A DNA stretch of 34,388 bases from Okamejei kenojei (lineage: Eukaryota), in assembly GCA_035221665.1 (NCBI GenBank), contig JAVHYY010000485.1, positions 62,001 through 96,388 of the forward strand, read 5' to 3'. Both the position numbers and the translations under genes were made by a program. Each line of letters opens with the position of its first letter. Positions within the stretch are counted from its first letter, which is position 1. Shown here piece by piece: positions 9,475 to 22,809 of this stretch. Under the pieces are notes generated by a model, which was given only the letters and a program-made list of their open reading frames with translations, was not told the DNA's origin and did not search any database.

Positions 9475-12290
9475 ATAACCATATAACCATATAACAATTA
9501 CAGCACGGAAACAGGCCCTCTCGGCCCTTCCAGTCCGTGCTGTAGTCCCCTAGTCCCATCTACCTGCGCTAAGACCATACCCCTCCATTCCCTTCACGTC
9601 CATATACCTATCCACTTTACTCTTAAATGTTAAAATCGATCCTGCCTCCACCACTTCTGCTGGAAGCTGATTCCACACAGCCACCAGAGTAAAGAAGTTC
9701 CCCCTCACGTTACCCCGAAACCTCTGTCCCTTAATTCTCATGTCATGCCATCTTGTTTGAATCTTCCCTACCCTCAATGGGAAAAACGTATCCACGTCAA
9801 CTCTGTCTATCCCTTTCATCATTTTAAAGACCTCAATCAAGTCCCCCCTTAACCTTCTGCGCTCCACAGAATAAAGACCTAACTTGTTCAACCTTTCTCT
9901 GTAACATAGTTGCTGGAACCCTGGCAACATTCTAATAAATCTCCTCTGTACTCTCTCTATTTTGTTGACATCATTCCTATAACTAGGCGACCAAAATTGT
10001 ACACCATACTCCAGAATTGGTCTTACCAGTGCCTTGTACAATTTTAACATTACTTCCCTACTCCTATATTCAATGCTCTGATTTATAAAGGCCAGCACAC
10101 CAAAGGCTTTCTTTACCACCCTATCTACATGCGATTCCACCTTCAGGGAACTATACACAGTTATTCCTAGATCCCTCTGTTCCACAGCATTCCTCAATTC
10201 CCTACCATTTACCATGTACGTCCTATTTTGATTTGTCCTGCCAAGATGTAGCACTTCACACTTATCAGCATTAAACTCCATCTGCCATCTTTCAGCCCAC
10301 TTTTCCAAATGGCCCAAATCTCTCTGTAGACATTGAAAATCTACTTCATTATCCACAACACCACCTATCTTAGTATCATCTGCATACTTACTTATCCAAT
10401 TTTCCACCCCATCATCCAGATCATTGATGTACATGACAAACAACAGTGGACCCAACACAGATCCCTGAGGCACCCCCACTGGTCACCGGCTTCCAACCTG
10501 ACAAACAGCCATCCACCATTACTCTCTGACATCTCCCATTCAGCCACTGTTGAATCCATCTTGCTACTCTGCCATTAACACCCAAAGATTGAAGCTTCTT
10601 AACCAACCTTCCATGGGGAACCTTGTCAAAGGCCTTACTGAAATCCATATAGACAACATCCACTGCTTTACCCTCATCAATTTCCCTAGTTACCGCTTCA
10701 AAAAATTCAAGAAGGTTTGTCAAATATGACCTTCCAGGCACAAATCCATGTTGACTGTTCCTGATCAGACCCTGTTGATCCAGATGCTTATATATATTAT
10801 CTCTAAGTATCCTTTCCATTAATTTGCCCACCACTGATGTCAAACTAATAGGTCTATAATTGCTAGGTTTATTCTTTGAACCCTTTTTAAACAATGGAAC
10901 AACATGCGCAGTACGCCAATCCTCCGGCACTATTCCCGTTTCTAATGACATCTGAAATATTTCTGTCATAGCTCCTGCTATTTCTACACTAACTTCCCTC
11001 AATGTCCTAGGGAATATCCTGTCAGGACCTGGAGACTTATCCACGTTTATATTTTTCAAAAGTGTCAGTACTTCCTCCTCTTTGAATCTCATAGTTTCCA
11101 TAGCTACTCTACTCTTTCCCCTCAACTCACCGAGTTCAATATCCTTCTCCTTGGTGAACACCGAAGAAAATAAATTGTTCAATATCTCCCCCATCTCTTT
11201 TGGCTCTGCAGATAGCTGTCCATTCTGGTTCTCTAATGGTCCAATTTGATCCCTCGTTATCCTTTTGCTATTAATATAGCTGTAGAAACCCTTTGGGTTT
11301 ACTTTCACCTTTCTTGCCAAAGCAACCTCATATCTTCTTTTAGCCTTCCTAATTTATTTCTTAAGATTCTTTTTACATTCTTTATACTCCTCTAGCACCT
11401 CATTTACTCCATGCCTCCTATAATTATTGTAGATATCTCTCTTTTTTCGAAACAAGTGTCCAATTTCCCTTGAAAACCATGGCTCTTTCCAATTTTTACT
11501 ATTTCCTTTCAACCTAACAGGGACATAAACATTCTGTACTCTTACAATTTCCCCTTTAAATGTCCTCCATTTCTCTTCTACATCCTTCCCATGAAACAAA
11601 GTGTCCCAATTCACTCCTTTAAAATCCTTACGCATTCCCCCAAAGTTAGCCTTTCTCCAATCAAAAATCTCTACCCTAGGTCCAGTTCTGACTCTCTCCA
11701 TAATTATATTGAAACTAATGGTATTTGTGATCACTGGTCCCGAAGTGCTCTCCAACGCATACCTCCGTCACCTGACCTGCCTCATTTCCTAACAGGAGGT
11801 CCAGCACTGCCCCTTCTCTGGTCGATACCTCTATGTACTGCTGCAAAAAACTATCCTGCACACATTTTACAAATTCCAAACCATCCAGCCCATTTACAGA
11901 ATGTGTTTCCCAGTCTAATTTTGGAAAATTGAAATCTCCCATAATCACTACCTTGTGCTTACTACTAATATCTGCTATCTCCTTACATATTTGCTCTTCC
12001 AATTCTCGCTCCCCATTTGGCGGTCTATAATACACCCCTAAAAGTGTTGCTACACCGTTACCACTTCTCAGTGCCACCCAAATAGCTTCCCTAGACGAGC
12101 CCTCTAATCTATCCTGCCAAAGCACTGCTGTAATATCTTCTCTGACAAGCAATGCAACACCTCCCCCTGTGGTCCCTCCAATTCTATCACATCTGAAGCA
12201 ACGAAATCCTGGAATATTTAGTTTCCAATCACAGCCCTCCTGCAACCATGTTTCACTGATTGTCACAACATCATATTTCCAGGTGTCAAT
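9475..12290 (-). mobile_element. Young CR1 LINE, 5'-truncated in the APE endonuclease, ORF2 frameshifted
   Basis: ORFs 11715-12266 (ETWL, GDFN), 11354-11755, 10421-11320 (KSPGPD, NYRPISL, DFSKAFD) and 9550-10479 ([14 protein letters not shown]); (CCATATAA)n tail at 9475-9495; closely similar to 26160-29002. Confidence 0.95.
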
Positions 12291-12519
12291 AGATGTGGAT
12301 ATAATGGTTCCATTCGTGGGAGAGTCTTGGACCAGATGCCATAGCCTCAGAAAAAAAGGATAAACCTTTGGAAAGGAGATGAAGGGGAATTTCTTTAATC
12401 AGAGGGTGGTGAATCTCTGGAATTAATTACCACCGAAGGCTATGGGGGTCATCAATTTATATTTTAAGGCCATCGACCATAATCACCCGTACTTTATTTT
12501 GTTTTTATTTAGATTAGTT

Positions 12520-12780
12520 TAGTGATACAACTTGGAAATAGGCCCTCCTGTTCAATGAGTCCAGGCCAACCAACAACCCCCATCCTGCATACTGGGGATA
12601 CTGGCAATTTTACCCAAGTCTATTATCCTACAAACCCGCACTTCGTTGGACTGTGGGAGGAAACCGGAGCACCGGAGGAAACCCACGAAGTCACAGGGTG
12701 AACGTGCAAACTCCGTACAGACAGCACCCATACTCATGATCAACTGGCGCTCTAGGGCAGCCACACCAACGCTGCACAAC
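12520..12780 (-). mobile_element. tRNA-derived V-SINE-like element
   Basis: gggaggaaaccggagcaccggaggaaacccac...gtgcaaactcc is the antisense of the V-SINE-type central domain; homologous to 21720-21865. Confidence 0.65.
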
Positions 12781-12952
12781 TGTTTGGCCCTCACCCGAGA
12801 ATATTGTGAAGTGTATATGGAGTCAATGGTGGGAAGCCTGGACTGTGCGAAGGACTGGGGTTCATACAAAACTCTGCAATGTTTTGTAGCTTCGTTTCGT
12901 AAATGGGTATTTATGAAACCACTTAACGCATTTTCCATATTTCTTCTTACAG

Positions 12953-12973
12953 AGACTTGTGGCTTGAGTAAAG
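12953..12973 (+). CDS. TRBC: TRBC exon 2 (connecting peptide with the interchain Cys)
   Basis: ttcttcttacag|AG ACT TGT GGC TTG AGT AAA G|gtgagt; 21 nt, phase 1/1; encodes (E)TCGLSK, comparable to mammalian Cbeta EX2 DCGFTS. Confidence 0.9.
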
Positions 12974-14630
12974 GTGAGTGGCTCTACTTAAATAAGTATA
13001 CCGTCATTATTTTAAGACTGTTTACCCTTTCTGTGAGTTAAAACTTAATAGCCTCACACAGCAATATATAGAGTGCATAAATACACTTCAGCCAAACCTG
13101 CCCGCGCCAACCCACATGCCACATCTACACTATTACCGTCTGTCCGTTGTTGGCCCACATCCCTCTAATGCTTTCCTATCCAGCTAAATGTCCAAACGTT
13201 AATTAAACGTTGTGATAGTGCTTGCCATAACTACCCCCCCCCCCGCCCCCCCCACCCCCCCCCCCCATCCCACGGCAGCATGTTACATACAGTCACTGTG
13301 TAGTGAACATTGTCCCTCAGGTTCCTATCAAAACTTTCTCCCGCTCATCCCCCTCACCGTACACATATGGCCTCTGGTTCTCGATGCTCCATACTCTGGG
13401 CAAAAGACTGTGCATCTTCTTGATCTCTTCATCGCGTGATTTTGGAAAGCTCTATAAGATAACCCTCATCCTCCTACATTACAAGGATTCAAGTCCTAGC
13501 CTGACTCAACTTTTCCCTGTAGCTCAGGCCCTTGAGTCATGGCAACATTTATGTAAATATTCTTGGCATCCTTTCCCGCTTAACAACATCTTTCCATAAA
13601 TAGTGTGACCAAAACTGAACAAAATACCAAAAATGTGGCCTTACCGATGTCTAGTACAGCTGCTATATTACCTATGGCCTCTGGGTATTGATTCCCCTAT
13701 CGTGGGGGTAAAAGACTGTACATTTACCCGATCTATTCCCCTCATGATTTTATGCAATATCAGATCACATCCTCCTCCTGCGCTCCTAAGAATACATGTT
13801 TAGCCTACCCAAACTATCCATATAGCTCAGACACCCGAGTCCTGGCAACATTCTCTTAAAGCTTATCTGCACAATTTCCCGCACATCAACATATTTCCTA
13901 TAACATGGTGAATATAGTCCAAATGTGGCCTCACCAAAGTCTTCCTGTAACATGCGTTCCAAATGTCTAAACTGAAACTCTGAATAATGAAGGTAATGTG
14001 CCTCAGAAGACGGCTATGGGAATGCATCTGCCGACTCCAGCCAGCAGGAGATACAGAGCCTCGGCCGCAGGGGGGCAAATCTGACCAGTCAATCCGCCGC
14101 GGAAGTCCCGATGAGGTCGAGATTAGCACCCACACTTGGCCTCAGCGTCGCATTTTCGAGGCGGATTTCCGGGAGGGATTTCAAGTATGCTCTCGTAGCA
14201 TGTTTGAGCTAAAGGATGAGCCAGACCCCGAGTTGCTGGAAAAACAGTGGCGGTAATGTATATGTGTGTTCCCACTTTCAGGGAATTATGTACTTGGACC
14301 ACACGATCCCTCTGTACATCGATGCCGTTAAGGGTATTAGCAATAACTATAGAATTCCCCCTTGCATACGACCTCCCAAAGTGCAACATCTCGCACATGC
14401 TCAGATTACAGTCCAACCGCCATTTTTCTACCCATTTATGTAGCTGATCTCTTTTCCACTGAATACTTTGACATCTTTCTTCACAGTCCGCAACCCCAGC
14501 GTTTGTTCATTCATAAATATCCGTTATGTTAAAGTGCCTATACTACTTCAGCAAGTAAGAAGTTATTTTTTAATAAACTTTATTCTTCACTCTAGATGTT
14601 ATTTACCACATCTTTATATTCCTTTAACAG

Positions 14631-14737
14631 AAGCTAAAGTTCAGACAATGCAAACTGCGAAACTGACTTACCTGATCCTGATTTGCAAGAGTATTATTTA
14701 TGGAATAATTGTTTCCGTATTAGCTTGCAAAGCCAAG
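14631..14737 (+). CDS. TRBC: TRBC exon 3 (connecting peptide plus transmembrane)
   Basis: cctttaacag|AA GCT...GCC AAG|gtaagt; 107 nt, phase 1/0; encodes (E)AKVQTMQTAKLTYLILICKSIIYGIIVSVLACKAK, with the antigen-receptor TM pattern Y-x-I-L-x-x-K-x-x-x-Y including the intramembrane Lys. Confidence 0.93.
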
Positions 14738-15934
14738 GTAAGTCTTTCTGTAGATAAAAAATCCAGATATATATCCAAGATATATATTGTTGAGTATAGA
14801 AGTTGTGATAGCCTGCTGCAGTTATATGAGATGTCGGGGAGGCCACAGTTAGAGTATTGTGTTCCACTTTTGTCACTATTATAGGAACGATGTTGTCAAA
14901 CTTGAAAACATCAAAGAAACCTCAAAGGGATTTGCCACGACGTTGCCAGGACTCGAGGGACTGAGATGTAGAGAGAGATTGAGCAGGTTATGGCTTTATT
15001 CCTTGGAGCTCAGGGGGGCGAGAGATGATCTTATAAAGGTTTACAGAATATGAGAGGAATAGATCGGGTAGTCTTTTGCCCAGAGTATGGGAAACGAGAA
15101 CCAGAGAACAAAGGTTAAGGTGGAAGGGGAAAGATTTAATGATAACCTGAGGAATAACTGTCTTATACATAGGGTGGTGGATGTGTGGAATGAGCTGCCA
15201 CAGGAGATGTTTGAGGCAGGTACTATCGCACCGTTTCAGAAATATTTAGACAGGTGCATCGAAAGGGTAGATTTAGAAGGATGGGTACAAACGCCGGCAG
15301 TTGGGACAAGTGTAGATTGGGCATGTTGCTCGGCATGAGCCTGTTTCCATGCTGTATGACTCTATGTCCACCTATCAGGGTAATTGGACCAATTTTGCAT
15401 TCTGGGAATCATTGAGTCGTCGAGTCATACCACACGGAAACACGCCCTTTGTCTCAACATGCCTATGACGAGCAAGATGCACCATCCCGCGTGCACCATC
15501 CCACCTGCCCGCGTTTGGCCCATATCCCTCTCAAACTATCTTATCCATATACCTGTCGACAAAATATTGTGATAGTAACTGCTTTAACTACTTCCTCTAG
15601 CAGCTCTGTCCATATACGCACCTCCGACTGTGTGAAAAAGATGCCCCCCCCCCCTATGTTCATTAATCATTCCCCCATCCCCCCTCACTTTAAAGAATTT
15701 CCTTTGGTTCTCGATTCCCCAGCCCTGGATAAAAAACTCTGCGCTTTGAACCTATCTATTCTCCTCTGGTTTTTATAAAACTCCATACGATCACAGCTCA
15801 TCCTCCACCCCTTCAAGGCAGAAAGTCGTAGCCTGCGCAACCTCTCCCTGTAGCTCGGGCATTTGAGTCTTGGCAATGTCCTTATAAATCGTCCCTGTAC
15901 TCGTTTCAATATTAAACAAAGGGACACAAATTGC

Positions 15935-18900
15935 TGCAGTAACTAACCCGCTGATCCCTTTAGCCACAAGGGCAACATCTAACTCACTCGTAAATATAGC
16001 CCATGAACTGGCCTCAACTACATTCTGTGGCAGAGAATTCCACAGATTCACCGCTCTCTGTGTGAAATGTTTTTTTTCTCATCTCGGTCCTAAACGACAT
16101 CCCCCTTCATTCAAACTGTGACCCCTTGTTCTGGACTTCGCCAACATCGGGAGCAATCTTCCTGCATCTAGCCTGTCCAACCCCTTAAGAATGTTGTACA
16201 TTTCTATAAGATCCCCTCTCAATCTTCTAAATTCTAGCGAGTACAAGCCGAGTGTATCCAGTGTTTCTTCATATGAAAGTCCTACCTTCCCAGGAATATG
16301 TCTGGTGAACCGTCTCTGTACTCCCTCTATGGCAAGAATGTATTTCCTCAGATTAGGAGACCAAAACTGTACACAATACTCCAGGTGTCGTCTCACCAAG
16401 ACCATGTAAAACTGCAGTCTCCATGCTCTGATAGTCAAATCATTTTACCATGAATGCTAACATACAATTCGCTTTATTCAATGCCTGCTGCACCTGCATG
16501 CCTACTTTCAATGACTGGTGTACCATGACACCCGGGTCTCGTTGCATCTCCCATTTTCCTAATCGGCAACCATTCAGATAATAGTCTACTTTCCTGTTAT
16601 TGCCACCGAAGTGGACAACCTCACAATAAATCACATTATACTGCATGTGTCATACGTTTTCCCACTCAGCCAACCGATCCAAGTCACCTTGCAGCCTCCT
16701 AGCATCTTCCTCACAGATAACACTGCCCCCCCAGCTTCGTGTCATCCGCAATCTTGGAAATGTTGCATTCAATTCCCTAATCCAGAACATTAATGTATAT
16801 TGTAAATAGCTGTTGTCCCAGCACTGAGCCTTGCGGTACAGCACTTGTCACTGCCTGCCATTCTGAAAAGGACCCATTTACTCATACTCTTTGCATCCTG
16901 AATGTCAGCCAGTTCTCTATCCACATCAATACTGACGCCCCAATACCGTGTGCTTTAAGTTTCCATTCTAATCTATTATGTGGGACCATGTCGAAAGCCT
17001 TCTGAAAATCCAGATATAACAAATTCACTGGATCCCCCTTATCCACTCTATTAGTTACATCAAACGTTCTATTAGTTACATCAAACATTCTTTAAGATTC
17101 GTCAGACATGAGTTACCTTTCATAAATCCATGCTGGCTTTGTCCAATGATTTCTCGACTTTCCAAATGTACCTGCTATCCAATCTTTAATAACTGACTAG
17201 CATTTTCCCCACAACCGATGTTAGACTAACTGGTATGTAATTCCCCGGTTTCTCTCTCCCTCCCTTTTTAAAAATGGGTTACATTAGCTACGCTCCAATC
17301 CTCAGGAACTATTCCAGAATCTAAAGAGTTATGAAACATTATCACTAATCCATCCACTATTTCTGGGGCTACTTCCTTATTTACTCTGGGATGCAGCCTA
17401 TCTGGCCCTGGGGATTTATCGGTCTTTAATCCATTCAATTTAGCTAACACCACTTCCCGGCTAACCTGGATTTCACTCAGTTCCTCCATCTCATTTGACC
17501 CACGGTCCCATGCTATTTCCGGCAGATTATTTATGTATTCCTCAGTGAAGACTGAACCAAAGTAATTATTCAATTGGTCTGCCATGTCCTCGTTCCCCAT
17601 GATCAATTAACCTGTTTCTGACTGCAAGAGACCTACATTTGTTTTAACTAATATTTTTCTCTTCACATTACTATAAAACGTTTACATTCAGTTTTTATAC
17701 TCTCTGCCAGTTTTCTTTCATAATCTATTGTCCGTTTCATAATTAAGCCCTTTGTCCTCCTCTGCTGTCCTCTGAATTTCTCCCAGGCCTCTGGTAGGCT
17801 GTATTTTTCTGGCTAATTTGTATGCTTCATCTATTATTGTGATATTATCTCTGATTTCCCTTGTTATCCACGCATGCGCTACCTTCCCTGATTTATTATT
17901 TTGCCAAACTGGGATGAACAATTATTGTAGTTCATCAATACAATCTATAAATGCCTTCCATTGCATATCCACCGTCAACCCTTTACGAATGAATTGCCAT
18001 TCTGTTGGCCAATTCACGTCTCATACCCGCAAAGTTACCTTTATTTAAGTTGAGAACCCTTGTTTCTGAATTAACAATGTCACTCTCCATCCTAATGAAG
18101 AACTCAAACATATTATGGTCACTTTTGCCCAAGTGGCCATGCACAACAAAGCTGCTAACTAACCCTTCCTCATCACTCAATACCCAGTCTAGAATAGCCG
18201 GCTCTCTCGTTGGTTCAACTACATGTTGGTTTAGAAATCTATCCCGCATACCAAGAAATCCTCTTCCTCAGCACCTCTGCCAAATTGATTTACCCAATCT
18301 ATATGTAGATTGAAGTCACACATTATTACTGTTTTAACTTTGTTGCACGCATTTCTCATTTTCTGTTTGATGCCATCCCCAATTCCACTACTACTGTTAG
18401 GTCGCCTGTACACTACTCCCACTAGCGTTTTCTGCCCCATCGTGTTTCGCAGCTCTACCCATATCGTTTCTACATCCTCGAAGCGAATGTACTTCCTTTC
18501 TGTTGCGTTAATCTCCTCTCTAACCAGCAACGCTACCCCACGTCCTTTTCCTTTCTGTCTATCCCTCCTGAATATTGAATATCCATCGATGTTCAGCTCC
18601 CAGCCTTGGTCACCCTGTGGCCATTTCTCCGTGATCCCGACTATATCACATTCATTAATTATTAACTGCACATTAAACGTCCATCTTATTACGAATGTTC
18701 CTTGCATTGAGACACAAAGCCTTCAGGCCTGTTTTTACAACACTCTTGCCCCTAATACAATTATGTTGAAAAGTGGCCCTTTTTGATTTTTGCCCTGGAG
18801 TTGTCTGCCTGCCACTTTTACTTTTCACCCTGCTACCTATTGCTTCTACACTCATTTAACACCCCTCGGTCTCCCTGCTCATGCTCCCATCCCCCTGCCA

Positions 18901-20000
18901 CATTAAAATCCTCCCCGATAGTATTAGCAAACACTCATATAACCATATAACCATATAACATATAACCATATAACAATTACAGCACGGAAACAGGCCCTCT
19001 CGGCCCTGCCAGTCCGTGCCGACCGTTTGTTTTCCCCTAGTCCCATCTACCTGCAATATAACCATATAACAAAGTGAGTTGTATATACTCCCCCAAGGAC
19101 AATGGTTCCATTCCAGCCCACGTGCAGACCGTCCTGTTTGTACTGGTCCACCTCCCCCAGAACTGGTTCCAAGGCCCTAGCTATTTGAATCCCCCCCCCC
19201 CTTGCACCATTTTCAAGCCACGTATTAATCTGTAATATCCTCCTATTTCTACTCTGACTGGCACGTGGCGCTGGTAGTAATCCAGAGATTATTACCTTTG
19301 CCATCCTACTTTTAAGTTTATCTCCGATCTCCCTAAATTCACCTTGTTGGACCTCATCCGGTTTTTTACCTATATAGTTGGTGCCAATATGCACCACGAC
19401 AACTGGCTGTTCACCCTCCCCCTCCAGAATGTTCTGCAGCCGTTCTGTGACATCCTTGACCCTTGCACCAGGGAGGCAACTTACCATCCTGGAGTCACGT
19501 TTGCGCCCTCAGAAACTACTATTTGTTCCCCTTACAATTGAATCCCCTATTGCCATAGGACTCCACTCTCCCCCCCCCCCCCTCCTGTGCAGCGGAGCCA
19601 CAATGGTGCCATCAACTTGGCTGCTGCTGCCTTCCCCTGTAGAGCCATCTCCCCCAATAGTATCCAAAATTGTATATCTGTTTAGGAGGGAGATGACTGC
19701 AGGGGACTCCTGCACGACCTGCCTTCTACTACGCTGGCTAATGGCCACCCGTTCCCTTTTCTGTCCGCTTAACATTTACCTGTGGTGTGGCCAACTCACT
19801 GTACTTTTTCACGACTTTTCAGCATCGTGGATGCTCCAGTATTAATGCAATCGCAGCTCCAATCATTCAATGCGGTCTGCTATGAGCTGCAGCTGGACAC
19901 ATCTCCTGCAAACGTAGTCAACAGGGACACCGACCATATCCCTGATCTCCCACATTTTGCAGGATGAGCAACCCATGGGGCCGATCTCAACCGACATGGC
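15935..20000 (-). mobile_element. Older near-full-length CR1 LINE (ORF1 zinc finger plus SGNH esterase; ORF2 APE plus RT), degenerate
   Basis: ORF1 ATG at about 19997, followed by CSSC...CRRC, GDSIVRG, VVVHIGTN and DGLH; ORF2 fragments (LCLNAR, KSDH, KSPGPD, DFQKAFD, QRRFTR) with many frameshifts. Confidence 0.9.
18938..19072 (-). mobile_element. Young CR1 3'-end insertion nested in the older CR1
   Basis: (CCATATAA)n tail plus 3' UTR matching the young family; a second tail copy lies at 19056-19072. Confidence 0.85.
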
Positions 20001-20214
20001 TTATCCCCAAATTAGATCAACTCACTCACACTATAACAATCTTAATCCTTTAAACTATACATTTACTAAAGAGCACTGTGTCCTTAACTCACTGTACCCT
20101 TAACTCACTGAAACCTTAACTTTGTTAAGTACCCTTAGTGAAAATTACCCAAATAATAAATATTGAAGTCCAATAAAATCTGATTAAAGGTAGTTCAGCT
20201 ATTTTAAATGAGGT

Positions 20215-20620
20215 AGACGGGAGATCAGGTCGGCTCTCTAGTTGGTGAGATTGCGGTTTAGTTGTCTGATAATAGCTGGGATGAAACACTCCCGGAATCG
20301 TGAGGTATGCGTTTTCAAACTTCTGTAGTTCGTCCCCGATGAGAAAGCGGAGAAGAGGCAGTCGCCGGGGTGAGAACGCTCCTTGATTATGCTGGTGGCG
20401 TTGCCGGGACAGCGTGGTGTGGATAGATTGAATGTTTTGATTGCATGATTGTCTGTCCTCTCTATGATTGCTTGCGGTCTTGAATGGAGGTCCCAAAATA
20501 TGTTGCGATGCATCCCGACAAAATGTTTTCTACGGTACATCTTTTGAACTTGGTGAGGACTGTTGGGGACATGGCAATATCAAATATTCAGAGGAAGTAG
20601 AGGTATTGGTGTTTTTACCT
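20215..20620 (-). mobile_element. Rex1/Babar-like LINE 3' fragment
   Basis: ORF 20238-20540 reads IIKERSHPGDCLFSAFSSGTNYRSLKTHTSRFRECFIPAII, resembling the Rex1-type ORF C-terminus. Confidence 0.6.
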
Positions 20621-20892
20621 GAGATATGGGCCAAACACTGGCAGGTGGGACGAATGCAGGTGGGACGGGTACATATGGAACACCTTGATTGGCATGGGCA
20701 AGTAGTCAAATATCCAGTTTCGGTGCTGTATTAACTGAGACCCACTATGCCGCTACCCTCTCTGCTTCTCTCTCACTCACTCTCCTTCCACACCCCCGCT
20801 CCCCTCCTCCCTTGCTTTCTCTCTTCCCGTTGACTTCATATCAGGACCCTGCTGCATACTCAACTATTAATTTTGTATCTTTCTTATTTCAG

Positions 20893-20919
20893 ACATCTTA
20901 CAGCAAGAGGTTTGATTGA
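20893..20919 (+). CDS. TRBC: TRBC exon 4 (cytoplasmic tail plus stop)
   Basis: ttcttatttcag|ACA TCT TAC AGC AAG AGG TTT GAT TGA = TSYSKRFD*. Phase 0 matches the EX3 donor. A separate cytoplasmic exon is the TRBC pattern rather than the TRGC pattern. Confidence 0.85.
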   Translation, partial: TSYSKRFD

Positions 20920-21719
20920 TGGACCAAGGTGATTTGACAACAATGGTACAACAGTAAGACATGTATCACGCATTTTATCAATTCGGATAGTTAAAACTGA
21001 AGAGTAGAGCACTGGAATAAGCCATTCAGCCCGCAACAATGTGCCAGAAACAATGCCAAATTTAACTGATCACCTCTGCATGCGTGTGATCCATATCCCT
21101 CCATGCCGTGCATATTCATTTGCCTACCTAAAATCCTGTTAATCGCCACTATCGTACCTGCGTCCACTACCGCCCCCGGGAGCACGTTGCAGGCCGCCAC
21201 CCCCTCTTGAGTAAACAATAATTGCTCTGGGCACCTCATTTAAAATTTACCCGTTTTAAATCTATCATATCTCATAATGTTATAAATGTCCATCATGTGT
21301 CCCCTCAGTCTCTGGCATTTCAGAGAAAACAATCCAAGTATGTCCAACCCCTCCTTGTACTTTAAACCCTCTAATACAGGCAGTATTCTGAAAAACATCC
21401 TCTGCTCTCTCCTCAACCTCTCCCTGGCATGAACAATGTTTTATAAAGCTGCATCGTGATATCCTAACTCATATACCATGCCCCGGCTGATGAAGGCAAG
21501 CACACCGTATGACTTCTTTACCACTCGATCCACTTGTGTTGGCATTTTCAGGGAGCTGTGGACTTGGAACAAACTCATACCGTAAATCGATGTCTTCACG
21601 GGTATTGCCATTAACTGTACACGGTCTTCTTACATTCAACTCCCCCAACGTGCAAAATATCCCACTTGCTCAGCTTAAGATCTATCTGACCTTTCCACGG
21701 CCATTTATGTAGCAATGAG

Positions 21720-21865
21720 CGCCACAGTGGCGCAGCTGATAGAGCCACTGCATCACAGCAGCAGAGACCCAGGATAGATCCTGAACCTTGGTTACTGTCG
21801 TTCTGGAGTTTGCATATTCTCCCGGTGACAACGTGGGATTCCTCCGAGTGCTCTGATTTTATCCA
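21720..21865 (+). mobile_element. tRNA-derived V-SINE-like element (head plus core)
   Basis: A-box-like tggcgcagctga, degenerate B box, then a ggagtttgca..ttctccc.gtgac..cgtggg.tt core. Confidence 0.65.
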
Positions 21866-21949
21866 ATGTCACGATTTTCTGATAATTGATTTTATATGAA
21901 TGTTTCTTGATTTTATTGATGTGCTAGACCGTGCAGACTCGTTATGTCT

Positions 21950-22297
21950 GCTCAGCATCATCAAGGCCCCACACCACCCTGCCCACACACCCTGGTACCT
22001 TCGGGTAGACGGTACATGAGCCTGAGAACTGCACCGACCCGGTTCAGGAATAGCTACTTCCCCACAGCCATCAGGGTATTAAACCTGGCTCGGACAAAAC
22101 TCTGAACAATAATATCCCTCCATCTGTTATTTACACTTTATTAATTTATTAATTAATGTCCGTATTCACGTATATAATTGTAGTCAATGCCTACTATGTT
22201 CTGTTCTGCTAAGCAAATAAATAATTCCATCTTCCTGTCAGGGACACATGACAATAAACTCTTTTGACTTTGACTCTTTTGACTTTGACTTTGACTC
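21950..22297 (+). mobile_element. Rex1/Babar-like LINE 3' end with (TTTGAC)n tail
   Basis: Remnant encoding SIIKAPHHP..PSGRRY..RFRNSYFPTAIRVLN, then AATAAA and tttgac repeats at 22263-22296. Confidence 0.6.
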
Positions 22298-22809
22298 TCC
22301 CAACGCACCCGTTCCATACCTGTAGCCCCCACGGGAGGCGTGGTTCTCCAACTCAATACTTTGCCCAACATAAGATTCCAGCACCTCTTCCTCCCCAGCA
22401 CTGGACTTGAAAGACAAAATCCCAATTGCACTTGCCCAATTGCAATACCAATTGACCCTCCCCCCCCGTCCTGCTGGGAGCTATGAAGAAAGCTGTGTTG
22501 CAAATGTCGGCTGCACTTGTTGTGATATGCCATTGAGTTGAAAAGTTCAGAGTGTTCCTGATTGCAACTTTAAAATGGAAGTGCGTTGGAAGCTGTGAGA
22601 TATCATTTTAACAGTAAAATCGTTGTTAATCTTTACGTTTTGAAACTTTATTCGAAATAATTCGATAAATAAAGCATGAAATGTTAACATAATGTGATTC
22701 CGGCCTCGACGGGAAAATGTCAACCGGAATATATAAAATTAAATTATCGTTTCCACGTTGTTTTTTTTGTGACGATGTAAACACAAGCACATATACACAC
22801 TCGTGCAAG

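Noticed and set aside
7656-14737. Assignment as TCR gamma, Ig light chain or IgH constant region
   Set aside because: A single C domain with a 21-nt Cys exon, a Lys-containing 107-nt TM exon and a separate cytoplasmic exon fits TRBC.
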